Below are positions 51,997-60,937 of a stretch of 64,000 nucleotides of DNA, one piece after another. Source of the DNA: Desulfarculia bacterium (GTDB lineage Bacteria > Desulfobacterota > Desulfarculia > Adiutricales > JAGVGV01); NCBI GenBank assembly GCA_963662445.1, contig OY759590.1, positions 2,975,335-3,039,334 of the forward strand. The letters run 5' to 3'. A model generated the notes under the pieces. It was not told the DNA's origin and did not search any database. It was given only the letters and a program-made list of their open reading frames with translations. Positions within the stretch are counted from its first letter, which is position 1; each line of letters opens with the position of its first letter. The position numbers were made by a program, and so were the translations under genes.

Positions 51997-53349
51997 ATGG
52001 AAAAAACAATTTCCACCTTTTTATTCAGACGAACTCTATTGATAGTTTTTCTGCTTCTGGCTTTCACCGCCGTCGGCTTGGCCATGGCCGACGAAGAAAA
52101 GCCGGTGGGGGACATCTATGTGGTCCGCCTGGAAGGAGCCATCAGTCCGGGCACGGCCGGTTTTCTGAGCAGTTCCGTCAAAAGGGCCGTGGATGAGAAG
52201 GCCCAGGCTCTGATTATTGAACTGGATACTCCCGGCGGATTAGGCGAATCCATGCGCAGCATGGTCAAGGACATCATGAACGCGCCCCTGCCGGTAATCG
52301 TCTATGTTTCTCCTTCCGGAGCCCAGGCTGCTTCGGCCGGAGTGATGATAACCATGGCGGCGGACGTGGCCGCCATGGCTCCGGGAACAAACATCGGAGC
52401 CGCTCACCCCGTTTCCGCCGGGGGGCAGGATATTGACGGCGAGATGGCCAAGAAAGTCGTCAACGACATGGTGGCCTTTATCCAGAGCATTGCCAAGGAA
52501 CGCGGCCGCAACCTGGAGTGGGCCCAAAAGGCCGTTGAAGAGAGCGTCTCGGTGGATGCCAACGAGGCCGTCAAACTCAAAGTGGTGGATCTGGTCGCGG
52601 AGAACCGGAACGATCTGCTGAGGCAACTAGACAAGCGCAAAATCCAACGGGGGACTCAGACCTGGGTTCTGAATACCGATGAAGCCGGACTAGTCGAAAT
52701 GCATGAGACTCTGCGCGACCGGGTGCTCAAGACCCTGGCCAATCCCAACATCGCCTATATCCTCATGATGATCGGCCTGGCCGGACTTTATTTTGAATTT
52801 TCCAACCCCGGCACCATCCTGCCCGGGGTTGTCGGCGGGGTGTGTCTTATTCTGGCTTTTTACTCTTTTCAAACTCTTCCGGTGAACTATGCGGGGATAC
52901 TGCTCATCATTTTGGGCATAGTCTTCTTTGTTCTGGAAATCAAGATAACTTCCTTCGGCATGCTCAGCGTGGCCGGTCTCATAACACTGACGCTGGGTTC
53001 CCTGATGCTCTTCAAGGATTCCCAGACTATAAAGGTATCGCTGAACGTGATTCTGCCGGTCGTAATCACCATGGGCGGATTCATGGTTCTGCTGGCCACT
53101 GTGGTGGTCAAGGCCCACGTAAAAAGCTCGCAGATTGGTCTTGAGGCCATGCTCGGGCTCAAAGGACCGGTCAAGGAATGGAGCGGGCTGAAAGGCAAGG
53201 TAGTGGTCCATGGTGAATGGTGGGCGGCCATTTGCGAAGAAGAGCTTGAACCGGGAGACATGATCGAAGTTACGGGTATTGAAGACATGCGCCTGAAGGT
53301 CAGACGGCTGCCGGGTTCGGACGGACCGCTCATGTTCTCCGAACCATAG
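51997..53349 (+). CDS. NfeD family membrane-bound ClpP-class serine protease
   Basis: Signal/anchor, then the ClpP-like domain IIELDTPGGLGESMRSMV...VYVSPSGAQAASAG. Multiple TM helices follow, and the C-terminal OB domain is GKVVVHGEWWAAICEEELEPGDMIEVTG. Confidence 0.85.
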   Translation: MEKTISTFLFRRTLLIVFLLLAFTAVGLAMADEEKPVGDIYVVRLEGAISPGTAGFLSSSVKRAVDEKAQALIIELDTPGGLGESMRSMVKDIMNAPLPVIVYVSPSGAQAASAGVMITMAADVAAMAPGTNIGAAHPVSAGGQDIDGEMAKKVVNDMVAFIQSIAKERGRNLEWAQKAVEESVSVDANEAVKLKVVDLVAENRNDLLRQLDKRKIQRGTQTWVLNTDEAGLVEMHETLRDRVLKTLANPNIAYILMMIGLAGLYFEFSNPGTILPGVVGGVCLILAFYSFQTLPVNYAGILLIILGIVFFVLEIKITSFGMLSVAGLITLTLGSLMLFKDSQTIKVSLNVILPVVITMGGFMVLLATVVVKAHVKSSQIGLEAMLGLKGPVKEWSGLKGKVVVHGEWWAAICEEELEPGDMIEVTGIEDMRLKVRRLPGSDGPLMFSEP

Positions 53350-53401
53350 TGTTCATTCAAATCAAAGGTAAAGGTCCTCGCTCAACCGACTGGAGGAAAA
53401 A

Positions 53402-54184
53402 ATGCAGTCTCTGATTGTCATAGTCGTCCTGGTCGTTCTGTTTCTGGCTTCAGCCCTGCGCATCCTCAGGGAGTACGAACGGGGGGTTATCTTCAGGCTC
53501 GGACGGGTCATCAAGCTCAAGGGACCCGGCCTGATAATCCTGATTCCCGGTATCGACAAGATGGTCAAGGTCACTCTCCGCCTGGTGGCCATGGATGTCC
53601 CTCCCCAGGATGTCATCACTCTGGACAATGTTTCGGTCAAGGTCAACGCTGTCGTGTATTTCCGGGTCATGGACCCTATCAAAGCCATAATACAGGTGGA
53701 AAATTACCTTTTCGCCACGTCTCAGTTGGCCCAGACCAGCCTGCGCAGCGTCTGCGGCCAGGCGGAGATGGACGAGCTGCTGAGCCAGCGCGACCGCATC
53801 AATACGAAGCTGCAGGAATACCTGGACGAGCATACCGACCCTTGGGGCATCAAGGTTTCGACTGTGGAGGTGAAACACATCGACCTGCCTCAGGACATGC
53901 AGCGGGCCATGGCCAAACAGGCCGAGGCGGAACGCGAACGGCGGGCCAAGATAATCAACGCCGAGGGCGAATACCAGGCCGCCACCAGGCTGGCCGATGC
54001 CGCCACCATCATTCAGGACCATCCCATGGCCTTGCAGTTGAGATTTCTGCAGACGCTGAGGGAGGTCTCCGCGGAAAACAACTCCACCATCGTTTTCCCT
54101 CTGCCCATAGATCTTTTCAGGCCTTTCATTCAATTGGCTGAGAGTCTCAGAAAGAATAAAGATGAAGAGAAAAAGACGAGTTAG
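53402..54184 (+). CDS. SPFH/Band 7 (stomatin-like, slipin) protein
   Basis: Contains [15 protein letters not shown]...VDLR...[21 protein letters not shown]...[16 protein letters not shown]. This is the classic NfeD-stomatin gene pair. Confidence 0.9.
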   Translation: MQSLIVIVVLVVLFLASALRILREYERGVIFRLGRVIKLKGPGLIILIPGIDKMVKVTLRLVAMDVPPQDVITLDNVSVKVNAVVYFRVMDPIKAIIQVENYLFATSQLAQTSLRSVCGQAEMDELLSQRDRINTKLQEYLDEHTDPWGIKVSTVEVKHIDLPQDMQRAMAKQAEAERERRAKIINAEGEYQAATRLADAATIIQDHPMALQLRFLQTLREVSAENNSTIVFPLPIDLFRPFIQLAESLRKNKDEEKKTS

Positions 54185-54683
54185 AATTTTTGTTTTTGCC
54201 TTCTTGGTTGCTCTGCTGTTTTTATCCGGCTGCGCCTATTTCAGCAAACCGGCTCCGGTCGGGGATGCGCCTCCGGTGATTGACAAGATATTTGCTTCAC
54301 CGACCCTCTACCGTTGGGATACCTGGAAGATATTCATTCAGGCCCATGATCCCGACGGCGACATGTGGGAGATAAGATTTCGCATAAAACAACCCGGTGT
54401 CGGTTACAACGAATTTCAGGGAGACGTCCGCCTGCCTGCGGACCTGTGGGAGAAAATGGACGGCTATTGTTATATGCTCCCTCCCGGTCCGAGGCAGAAA
54501 GTCAGTTTTATCGATCTGGTCATGAGCGTCCAGGTGGTGGATCGGGGCGGCCGGTCCAGTGAGAAGTTCGAACTTCCGTTATCCATGGGCGGACGGGCGG
54601 GCGTGCCAGATCCCGAGGGGTTCAGCAGGGTTCCGCTGGTGCCCGTGCCTTACACCGTCAGGTCCACCGAGGACGAAGACTGA
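54162..54683 (+). CDS. Lipoprotein of unknown function
   Basis: The N-terminal sequence is [24 protein letters not shown], with a lipobox (LSGC). Overlaps the stomatin gene by 23 nt. Confidence 0.65.
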   Translation: MKRKRRVRIFVFAFLVALLFLSGCAYFSKPAPVGDAPPVIDKIFASPTLYRWDTWKIFIQAHDPDGDMWEIRFRIKQPGVGYNEFQGDVRLPADLWEKMDGYCYMLPPGPRQKVSFIDLVMSVQVVDRGGRSSEKFELPLSMGGRAGVPDPEGFSRVPLVPVPYTVRSTEDED

Positions 54684-54767
54684 TTTATGTCTTGAAAATT
54701 GGTCTGTTTCGGGCTAAGGTCCGGTCATAATATTTTTGACGTAAAGGAGTCAGGAGTAAACTTCATT

Positions 54768-55094
54768 ATGGGCAAAAAAGAACGTCAGGAGAAAAAAGAA
54801 AAGCCTCTGGACAAGATGACGGCCAAGGAATTGCGCGAACTGGCCATGACCATTCCGGACATAACCGGCGCTCACGGTATGAACAAGGAAGAGCTCATAT
54901 CTTCCATCAAGGAAGCGCGCGGCATTGTCGATGAAAAGAAAAAGACGACATCCAATGTTCGGGATGACAAAAAGAAAATCGCCGAAATGAAAGCGGAAAA
55001 GGCTCAGGCCAAGGACGCAGGCGATAAAAAACGGGCTGAAATACTCAGAAAAAAAATCAGCCGTCTCAAGAAAAAAACCCGCCGAGCAGCTTAA
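54768..55094 (+). CDS. Lys-rich small protein with Rho-N/SAP-like helix-hairpin motif
   Basis: Contains MTAKELRELAMTIPDITGAHGMNKEELISSIKEARG, flanked by K/E-rich tails. AGGAG lies upstream of ATG 54768. Confidence 0.6.
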   Translation: MGKKERQEKKEKPLDKMTAKELRELAMTIPDITGAHGMNKEELISSIKEARGIVDEKKKTTSNVRDDKKKIAEMKAEKAQAKDAGDKKRAEILRKKISRLKKKTRRAA

Positions 55095-55116
55095 CGGCAC
55101 AATGGAATAAACTGAC

Positions 55117-55671
55117 ATGGATAGAGACCAGGCCTTGGCCCTGATGGAGGCTCATCTGGAAGCCGATCATCTGCGCAAGCATTCCTTGGCTTCCGAGGCC
55201 ATCATGCGGGGCTTGGCCCGCCGTTTGGGCTATGACGAGGAAAAGTGGGGCGTAGCGGGTTTGCTTCACGATCTGGACTACGATCAGACCAAGGACGAGC
55301 CTGCACGGCATGGTCTGATAACAGCCGAAATACTGACGGAAAAAGGAGTTGATCCGGACATTGTCCAGGCGATCAAGGCACACAACGCCGAGGCCCTTGG
55401 ACTGACCCGCCAGACTCCTTTTGATATTGCCCTGACCTGCGCCGAGACCATGACCGGAATGGTGGCCGCCACGGCTCTTGTTTATCCGGATAAAAAGGTC
55501 AAATCGGTCAAGGCAAAATCCATCATCAAGCGGATGAAAGAGAAACAGTTCGCCCGCGGAGTTGACCGCGAACTGATTATGCTCTGTGAGAACATCGGGG
55601 TGCCTTTGGCCGATTTCGCCGTTTTGAGCCTTGAGGCCATGGTCGGCATTGATGAACAACTGGGGCTTTAA
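55117..55671 (+). CDS. HD/HDIG domain metal-dependent phosphohydrolase
   Basis: H...HD pattern: LRKHSLASEAIM...GLLHDLDY. Confidence 0.75.
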   Translation: MDRDQALALMEAHLEADHLRKHSLASEAIMRGLARRLGYDEEKWGVAGLLHDLDYDQTKDEPARHGLITAEILTEKGVDPDIVQAIKAHNAEALGLTRQTPFDIALTCAETMTGMVAATALVYPDKKVKSVKAKSIIKRMKEKQFARGVDRELIMLCENIGVPLADFAVLSLEAMVGIDEQLGL

Positions 55672-55680
55672 TTATCTGAT

Positions 55681-56121
55681 TTGAAGACCTTAACCAAACA
55701 CAGAGCAACAAGGAAACTGGGCGCGTCAGCCTTGCTGGCGGTCCTTTTTATTATCGGTTGCGCCACTGGCCCTGAAATACCTTCGGGGCCAGTGGTCAAC
55801 ACCCACGATCAGGCCATCAGGGAGAAATCGGCTTCCGGACTGGACCTCAAGCTGCTGACTTTCGAATGGGTCTACCACAAACCCACCGATCAGATAAAAG
55901 TCAACGGCTGGGTTCAGAACCAGTCTGACTCAGGTGTTCAGGCCTGCCGCATCATGGTCCAGGCCTTCGATCAGTTCAATTATTCCCTGGGAGCGGCCGA
56001 AACATACCTGGACCCGACCTATGTGCCGCCGGGCGGAAAAGCCAGATTCGATTTCTTTCTGCACCGGGGCGTGTGGGTCGAAAATCTGGTTCTGAATTAC
56101 CGTTTCGAGACCAACTACTGA
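55681..56121 (+). CDS. Lipoprotein of unknown function
   Basis: TTG start and signal peptide with a lipobox (LLAVLFIIGC). The mature part is beta-rich. Confidence 0.55.
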   Translation: MKTLTKHRATRKLGASALLAVLFIIGCATGPEIPSGPVVNTHDQAIREKSASGLDLKLLTFEWVYHKPTDQIKVNGWVQNQSDSGVQACRIMVQAFDQFNYSLGAAETYLDPTYVPPGGKARFDFFLHRGVWVENLVLNYRFETNY

Positions 56122-56235
56122 GACAATCCGGTATAATCCTGCCGGAGTATTCTTACAAGCCGCACGGCCATCAGTTTATTATTCCGGCTCTCGCCTTAAT
56201 GGCCGTCACAGGAAAAAACAAAGAAAACCGGCAGT

Positions 56236-57492
56236 ATGATTCGAGTTCTGATTTGCGGTGAATACGGGGAAGGCTGGCAGAAAGCCGCCGAAAAACATCT
56301 GACCCGGGACCGTGGCGAATATGAACAAGGCCTCGGAGAAGGCGCCTGGCCGCCGGAGTCTCCTCGTCTGCCGCGGGTTTACCCGTTTTTCGCCAGGTCC
56401 GAAGACGAAACCGTCAGTATTCTTAACAGAAAAAATCCGCAGGTCATTATCAGCGTTCGGTCCAAACCCGGCCCGCTTGCGCTCATGTCCCGCTCGGATC
56501 ATCTCAGATGGTTTCATTTTGACCGGAACCCCGATCCTCTTCAATTGAAGAAGACCATTTTTGAGGTTTACCTTGCCCATGCCCTTTTCCCTCATCCCGG
56601 TGAAAAGGGCCAGCCTCTGGTGTCCGTCTTCACTCCCACCCACAACAGCGGCCGGTTCCTCAAGGAAGCGTACTGCTCGCTGACCGAACAGACTTACCGC
56701 AACTGGGAATGGGTCATTGTCGACGACGGGTCCACGGACGATACTCCGGAAACAGTCCGCTCCTGGGCCTCCGCCGATTCCCGGCTGAACTTCTTTCAGC
56801 CGCGGGACGCCAGTTTCGGCAATATAGGCCGCATGAAGCATTATGCATCGGGGCTCTGCCGGGGAGAATACCTGGTTGAACTCGACCATGACGACATGCT
56901 TACCGACAACGCCCTGACCGAAGTGGTTGAAGCCTTTGAGGCTGACCGGGAACTGGGCTTTATCTACAGCAATTTCACTGAATTCGTTGAGGAAGGCGGC
57001 GACCATTTCTACCCCAACTGGGTTGACCGGGGCCGCTACCGCCGGACTTTGTACCGTGACCGGTACTATCTGGAAGCACTGGCTTACGATATATACGGCG
57101 ATGTGGACGGCCTTGGGCCGGTCATAAAGGATATGACCATCTGTCCGAATCACATCCGGGCCTTCAGACGCAGCGAGTTGTGCAAAGTGGGCGGATATAA
57201 CACCCGTCTGGTCATGGGCGATGATTTTGACCTGATTATCCGCTTTTTTCTGTTCAGCAAGGCTCTGCACATTGACAAAATGCTCTATCTTTACCGGATA
57301 CACGCCAATACCTGGTCCAAATACAATGAATTCGCCCGTTTTTTTCTGCCTCTGGTGGTTCGGAAATGGGACCCGGAAATCGACCGGCGCATATCTGAAC
57401 TAAAGGAGGAAGGACGCTGGCTGAAAGAGGTCCAGGGCATGAAAGGGCAGGGGTGCGGCCCCATATTCCGGCCGGGAGATATTCGGTCCTGA
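56236..57492 (+). CDS. Family 2 glycosyltransferase with ~130-aa N-terminal extension
   Basis: Contains VSVFTPTHNSGRFLKEAYCSLTEQTYRNWEWVIVDDGSTDDT and ELDHDD (the DxD region). Confidence 0.8.
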   Translation: MIRVLICGEYGEGWQKAAEKHLTRDRGEYEQGLGEGAWPPESPRLPRVYPFFARSEDETVSILNRKNPQVIISVRSKPGPLALMSRSDHLRWFHFDRNPDPLQLKKTIFEVYLAHALFPHPGEKGQPLVSVFTPTHNSGRFLKEAYCSLTEQTYRNWEWVIVDDGSTDDTPETVRSWASADSRLNFFQPRDASFGNIGRMKHYASGLCRGEYLVELDHDDMLTDNALTEVVEAFEADRELGFIYSNFTEFVEEGGDHFYPNWVDRGRYRRTLYRDRYYLEALAYDIYGDVDGLGPVIKDMTICPNHIRAFRRSELCKVGGYNTRLVMGDDFDLIIRFFLFSKALHIDKMLYLYRIHANTWSKYNEFARFFLPLVVRKWDPEIDRRISELKEEGRWLKEVQGMKGQGCGPIFRPGDIRS

Positions 57493-57556
57493 GACCAACA
57501 TTTTTGATCGACGCAGCCGCTTAACTGCGCGTGGACAAGGCTCCGGGGATTATTGC

Positions 57557-57586
57557 TTGACAATATGGCCGGGCCAGGGTTTAAAT
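57557..57586 (+). promoter_or_regulatory. Candidate sigma70-type promoter of tRNA-Leu
   Basis: TTGACA (57557-57562), an 18-nt spacer, then TTAAAT (57581-57586). It lies 11 nt upstream of the mature tRNA 5' end. Confidence 0.5.
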
Positions 57587-57597
57587 TCGGCTTTTAT

Positions 57598-57685
57598 GCC
57601 CGGATGGCGGAATTGGTAGACGCAAGGGACTTAAAATCCCTCGGTACTTGCTACCGTGCCGGTTCGATCCCGGCTCCGGGCACCA
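57598..57685 (+). tRNA. tRNA-Leu (anticodon TAA)
   Basis: The sequence is GCCCGGATGGCGGAATTGGTAGACGCAAGGGACTTAAAATCCCTCGGTACTTGCTACCGTGCCGGTTCGATCCCGGCTCCGGGCACCA. It has a 7-bp acceptor stem, a long variable arm, and an encoded CCA. Confidence 0.95.
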
Positions 57686-57736
57686 CAATAAAATCAGTTA
57701 CTTACAGCTTTTTTCAATCTCCTAATTTACTACAAT

Positions 57737-57763
57737 GGCCCCGATGGGGGCCAATTCCTTTTT
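57737..57763 (+). terminator. Candidate terminator after tRNA-Leu
   Basis: GGCCCC-gatg-GGGGCC is followed by aattccTTTTT. The T-run is offset by 6 nt, so confidence is moderate. Confidence 0.45.
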
Positions 57764-58071
57764 GTGCGTCCAGCAATACCAAGGGAAAAGGGGGGTTTTA
57801 GGCCCCCTTGTTTCAAGGGATACTCTACTGAGGAATGACAGGCCAGACAACCAAATCCGGGGGGCGGACGGTAAGGTTGACGGTAAGACCGGCCCCGTTT
57901 CAACCCTTGGAAACCAGCAATGTCCTGTGAGGCCTTTACCTCCACTCCCCGGTTTGCTCATGCGAAATCACTTGCGGGAACAAGGAAAAGAGTTGCCAGT
58001 CACCTGTTTGCCGATGTATCCTGCTTCAAATCACACCTATTTCTGATGTTCCGGCTTAAGGGGGCTGAGCC

Positions 58072-58557
58072 GTGGCAAGTATTGACACCAGACTCTCGGA
58101 AGAGATTATTGATCTTCTGGTTCATATTCGCATGTTCGACAGCCTGGACTCGGATGAGCTCCGGATAGTTGTCAGATACATGAATATTGTCGAAGTCAAA
58201 CCGGGGGAAATAGTTTTCCGGGAAGGCAAACCGGGAAACTATGTCTGCTTTGTCACCAGCGGTTTTCTGGAAGTCTATAAAACCACGGAAAGCCATGAAC
58301 CGGTTCTCCTGACAACTCTCAGGCCGGGCGGTTCCATAGGCGAAATGGCCATACTGGACCAGCACCCACGCTCAGCCACGGTGAGGGCCAAAACACCTTC
58401 CACGCTCATAACCTTGTCCACCGCTGGTTTCAACGAGATACTGGAAAAACACCCGCGCATCGGCATAAAAATTCTGCAGGGCCTGACCCGGCTCCTCAGC
58501 CAGAACCTGCGTTACACTTCGGCGAGATTGGCCGATTATATGTTGCCGCTAACCTGA
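58072..58557 (+). CDS. Stand-alone cyclic-nucleotide-binding (cNMP/CAP-effector) domain protein
   Basis: GTG start. The sequence is FDSLDSDELRIVVRYMNIVEVKPGEIVFREGKPGNYVCFVTSGFLEVY...GGSIGEMAILDQHPRSATVRA. There is no DNA-binding HTH. Confidence 0.85.
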   Translation: MASIDTRLSEEIIDLLVHIRMFDSLDSDELRIVVRYMNIVEVKPGEIVFREGKPGNYVCFVTSGFLEVYKTTESHEPVLLTTLRPGGSIGEMAILDQHPRSATVRAKTPSTLITLSTAGFNEILEKHPRIGIKILQGLTRLLSQNLRYTSARLADYMLPLT

Positions 58558-58671
58558 AAGCTCCGAGTCATGTTATACTTCTCTTCAGGATACTTCGGCC
58601 GGAATCCCGGCCCGGCGGAGGCCCTGAGAATCGGATTATACTTTCGGATTACTTGATAAGGTGCAAACATC

Positions 58672-59133
58672 ATGGACGTCAGATTCATCAATCCCTTTCT
58701 GGAAGCTACGGCCAATGTCATCAAGACCATGGCTTTCATCACTTTGACACCAGGCAGGCCGTTCCTGAAAAAAGACCATGTGGCCCTGGGCGACGTGACC
58801 GGCATAATCGGGCTCTCCGGTGACGCCAAAGGCTCCCTGTCCGTAACGCTCAATACCGCGTTGGTTAAACAGATTATCCGGAACATGCTCGGCGAAGAGA
58901 TCAACGATCTGGGGGCGGAGGCCCAGGATGCCGTGGGAGAGTTGACCAACATGATTTCCGGCGATGCCCGCCGGGGGCTGGCTCAGGACGGTTTTAATCT
59001 CAGCGCGGCCATTCCCACCATCATCACCGGAAAAAGCCATACCATCAAACATGTCGTCTCCGGGCCGACCATCGTCATCCCTTTCACCTCCGAGGGGGGA
59101 GGCCAGGTTTCCGTCGAAGTGGCCCTGCAATAA
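58672..59133 (+). CDS. cheX: Chemotaxis phosphatase CheX family protein
   Basis: Contains INPFLEATANVIKTM...GDVTGIIGLSGDAKGSLSVTL...AVGELTNMISG, typical of CheX/CheC-like proteins. Confidence 0.8.
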   Translation: MDVRFINPFLEATANVIKTMAFITLTPGRPFLKKDHVALGDVTGIIGLSGDAKGSLSVTLNTALVKQIIRNMLGEEINDLGAEAQDAVGELTNMISGDARRGLAQDGFNLSAAIPTIITGKSHTIKHVVSGPTIVIPFTSEGGGQVSVEVALQ

Positions 59134-59169
59134 GGTCTGCGGAATCCTCTTCTTTCCCGTTCAATCCCA

Positions 59170-59198
59170 ACAAAAAAGCCCCCGGAAGGCCGGGGGCT
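59170..59198 (-). terminator. Intrinsic terminator of the acidic-protein gene (may also stop cheX read-through)
   Basis: On the minus strand, AGCCCCCGG-cctt-CCGGGGGCT is followed by TTTTTTG. Confidence 0.75.
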
Positions 59199-59221
59199 TG
59201 ATATGCCGACGCTTCAGACGA

Positions 59222-59797
59222 TTATTCTTCGTCGTCCGAACATTCACACTCGCCGTGACAATCACAGCCGCAATCGCATTCTTCGCCGTCATCGCCGGAC
59301 AGAATGGCTTCGGCCAGATCCACCAGGCCGCGCACGGTGTCGATGACTTCGGCCGCGGCCTCGTTCTTGACATCTTTAATATCGCAGTCATCCAGCAGGG
59401 GACGAAGCTCGGCCACGGACATGGCCAGGGAAACCAGGTCTTCAAAAGCCAGTTCCACTTCTTCCATCTCCTCGACAGTATCCTCATCCACCAGCACCGG
59501 AGCGCCATCCAACTTTTTGGGGCCGTCTTCCGTGGGCAGCCAGGACAACTTCGACAGAGGCACGGTCACTTCATCACCTTCAGTGTAGTCCTTCGCCTCG
59601 ATGACAACGCCGGCCAGCAGAATTTCTTCTACGTAGCCATCTGAATCAACACCATTTTCAGCGATGACAGCGCCGTCTTCCACGAAAAATTCGCCTTCGG
59701 CAAAGATTTCAGGCATCATCGGCTCCCAGCCCAGGGGCTCGGCCCAGGCCTTGCCGCTGCCGATTGTTTCCAGAATCCTTACTTTTACTTTATCCAT
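59222..59797 (-). CDS. Highly acidic protein with C-terminal Cys cluster (CDCGCDCHGECEC), unknown function
   Basis: Clean 191-aa ORF with its own terminator. Asp+Glu content is very high, and the C-terminus is SGDDGEECDCGCDCHGECECSDDEE. Confidence 0.7.
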   Translation of the reverse strand: MDKVKVRILETIGSGKAWAEPLGWEPMMPEIFAEGEFFVEDGAVIAENGVDSDGYVEEILLAGVVIEAKDYTEGDEVTVPLSKLSWLPTEDGPKKLDGAPVLVDEDTVEEMEEVELAFEDLVSLAMSVAELRPLLDDCDIKDVKNEAAAEVIDTVRGLVDLAEAILSGDDGEECDCGCDCHGECECSDDEE

Positions 59798-60142
59798 TTT
59801 TATGCTCTCTTTCCTCCCCCGACCATGGCCGCAGGCAGTTTTACTTATGCAAACTGAACCTTATATAGGCAAAAGCTTCCCAAAGCAAGAATAAACTGCT
59901 TACTCATGCCCTTAATGATCCACACCTAACATTACTCTCCCGCCCGCCTAATCGCAATGGCCGGCCTCAATTATTCCTATTGCTCGCGGATTGTCCGGTG
60001 CGCCTGATTCGTATATAATTATTCCGACCAGGTAATATTAAGTTATCCACACCCCGGCTCCCCGTGCACATTCCAATAATCTCGTCTGTCAAGCCGGCCG
60101 AAACCACACATTTTACCCATGATGCGCACGGTTGGAGTCTAT

Positions 60143-60847
60143 ATGGCCTTGATAAAAAACAATAAAAACAACGCCATCCATGAGAGTGACCACGCCTTGC
60201 AAAAGCGTATGGGCATCAGGGAGGATGAATACCTACTTTTCGCCCAGGGGCAGGCCGAAACCGTCTGGGTCGTTGACCCGGCGGAGATGAAATTTCTGCA
60301 CATCATCGGGACGGACACCGGTCTCAGAGGATTCACCGCCGAAGAACTGGCCGGAGCCTCACTCAGAGAACAGTGCACGCCGGAATGTTACCGGAAAGCC
60401 GAAGGTATATTCGCCGAGGAGTTGGCCAGATTTTACAATGGGGAAAGGATTTACCGGACGTTTGACGTGGACATGTATCATAAAGACGGTTCTGTCGTCT
60501 CCAAGGAAGTCAGCGCCAGATTCTACCGCGAAAAGAGCGGAGAGATCAGAATCATAGGCATATCGAAAGATATCAATGAGCAGAGTAAGACACTCGAACC
60601 AACTGACATTAAGACGCAACTGATTTTGCAGTTGGAGCAGGCCCTGGCCGAAAGGGACAACCTCCTGAAAGAGAACAAGGTACTTATGGGGCTGTTGCCC
60701 ATATGTGCTTCGTGCAAAAGGATCCGTGACGAGAACGGTAAATGGTGGCGGGTTGAGGATTATATATCTTCCCGGACCAACGCCAATTTTACTCACACCA
60801 TCTGCCCGGTATGCAAAGACAATCTGTACCCGGAACTGAAAAAGTGA
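60143..60847 (+). CDS. PAS domain protein with coiled-coil and C-terminal Cys4 module (ICxxCKRIRD...HTICPxC)
   Basis: PAS-like N-terminal region, then a leucine-zipper-like LILQLEQALAERDNLLKENKVL. Next comes MGLLPICASCKRIRDENGKWWRVEDYISSRTNANFTHTICPVCKDNLYPEL. The start is uncertain (60119, 60122 or 60143). Confidence 0.75.
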   Translation: MALIKNNKNNAIHESDHALQKRMGIREDEYLLFAQGQAETVWVVDPAEMKFLHIIGTDTGLRGFTAEELAGASLREQCTPECYRKAEGIFAEELARFYNGERIYRTFDVDMYHKDGSVVSKEVSARFYREKSGEIRIIGISKDINEQSKTLEPTDIKTQLILQLEQALAERDNLLKENKVLMGLLPICASCKRIRDENGKWWRVEDYISSRTNANFTHTICPVCKDNLYPELKK

Positions 60848-60937
60848 CCGGCCAGGCCTGTTTTGTATTCAGTTCCGGGTAAATTCAAAACCTGCGCCGC
60901 CGCCTGCCGCAATCCGGAATCAGCGGCCATGACCAGC

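Noticed and set aside
57735-58046. 103-aa + strand ORF (and the overlapping minus-strand ORFs) downstream of tRNA-Leu
   Set aside because: There is no RBS, the composition is implausible, the ORF overlaps hairpin structures, and several frames are open in this GC-rich stretch. I treated the region as non-coding.
57598-58071. Genomic island integrated at tRNA-Leu (and likewise at tRNA-fMet, 29197-29273)
   Set aside because: No integrase, recombinase or phage genes flank either tRNA. By eye I found no direct repeat of either tRNA 3' end elsewhere in the window. Only the unexplained non-coding stretch after tRNA-Leu is kept, as a low-interest finding.
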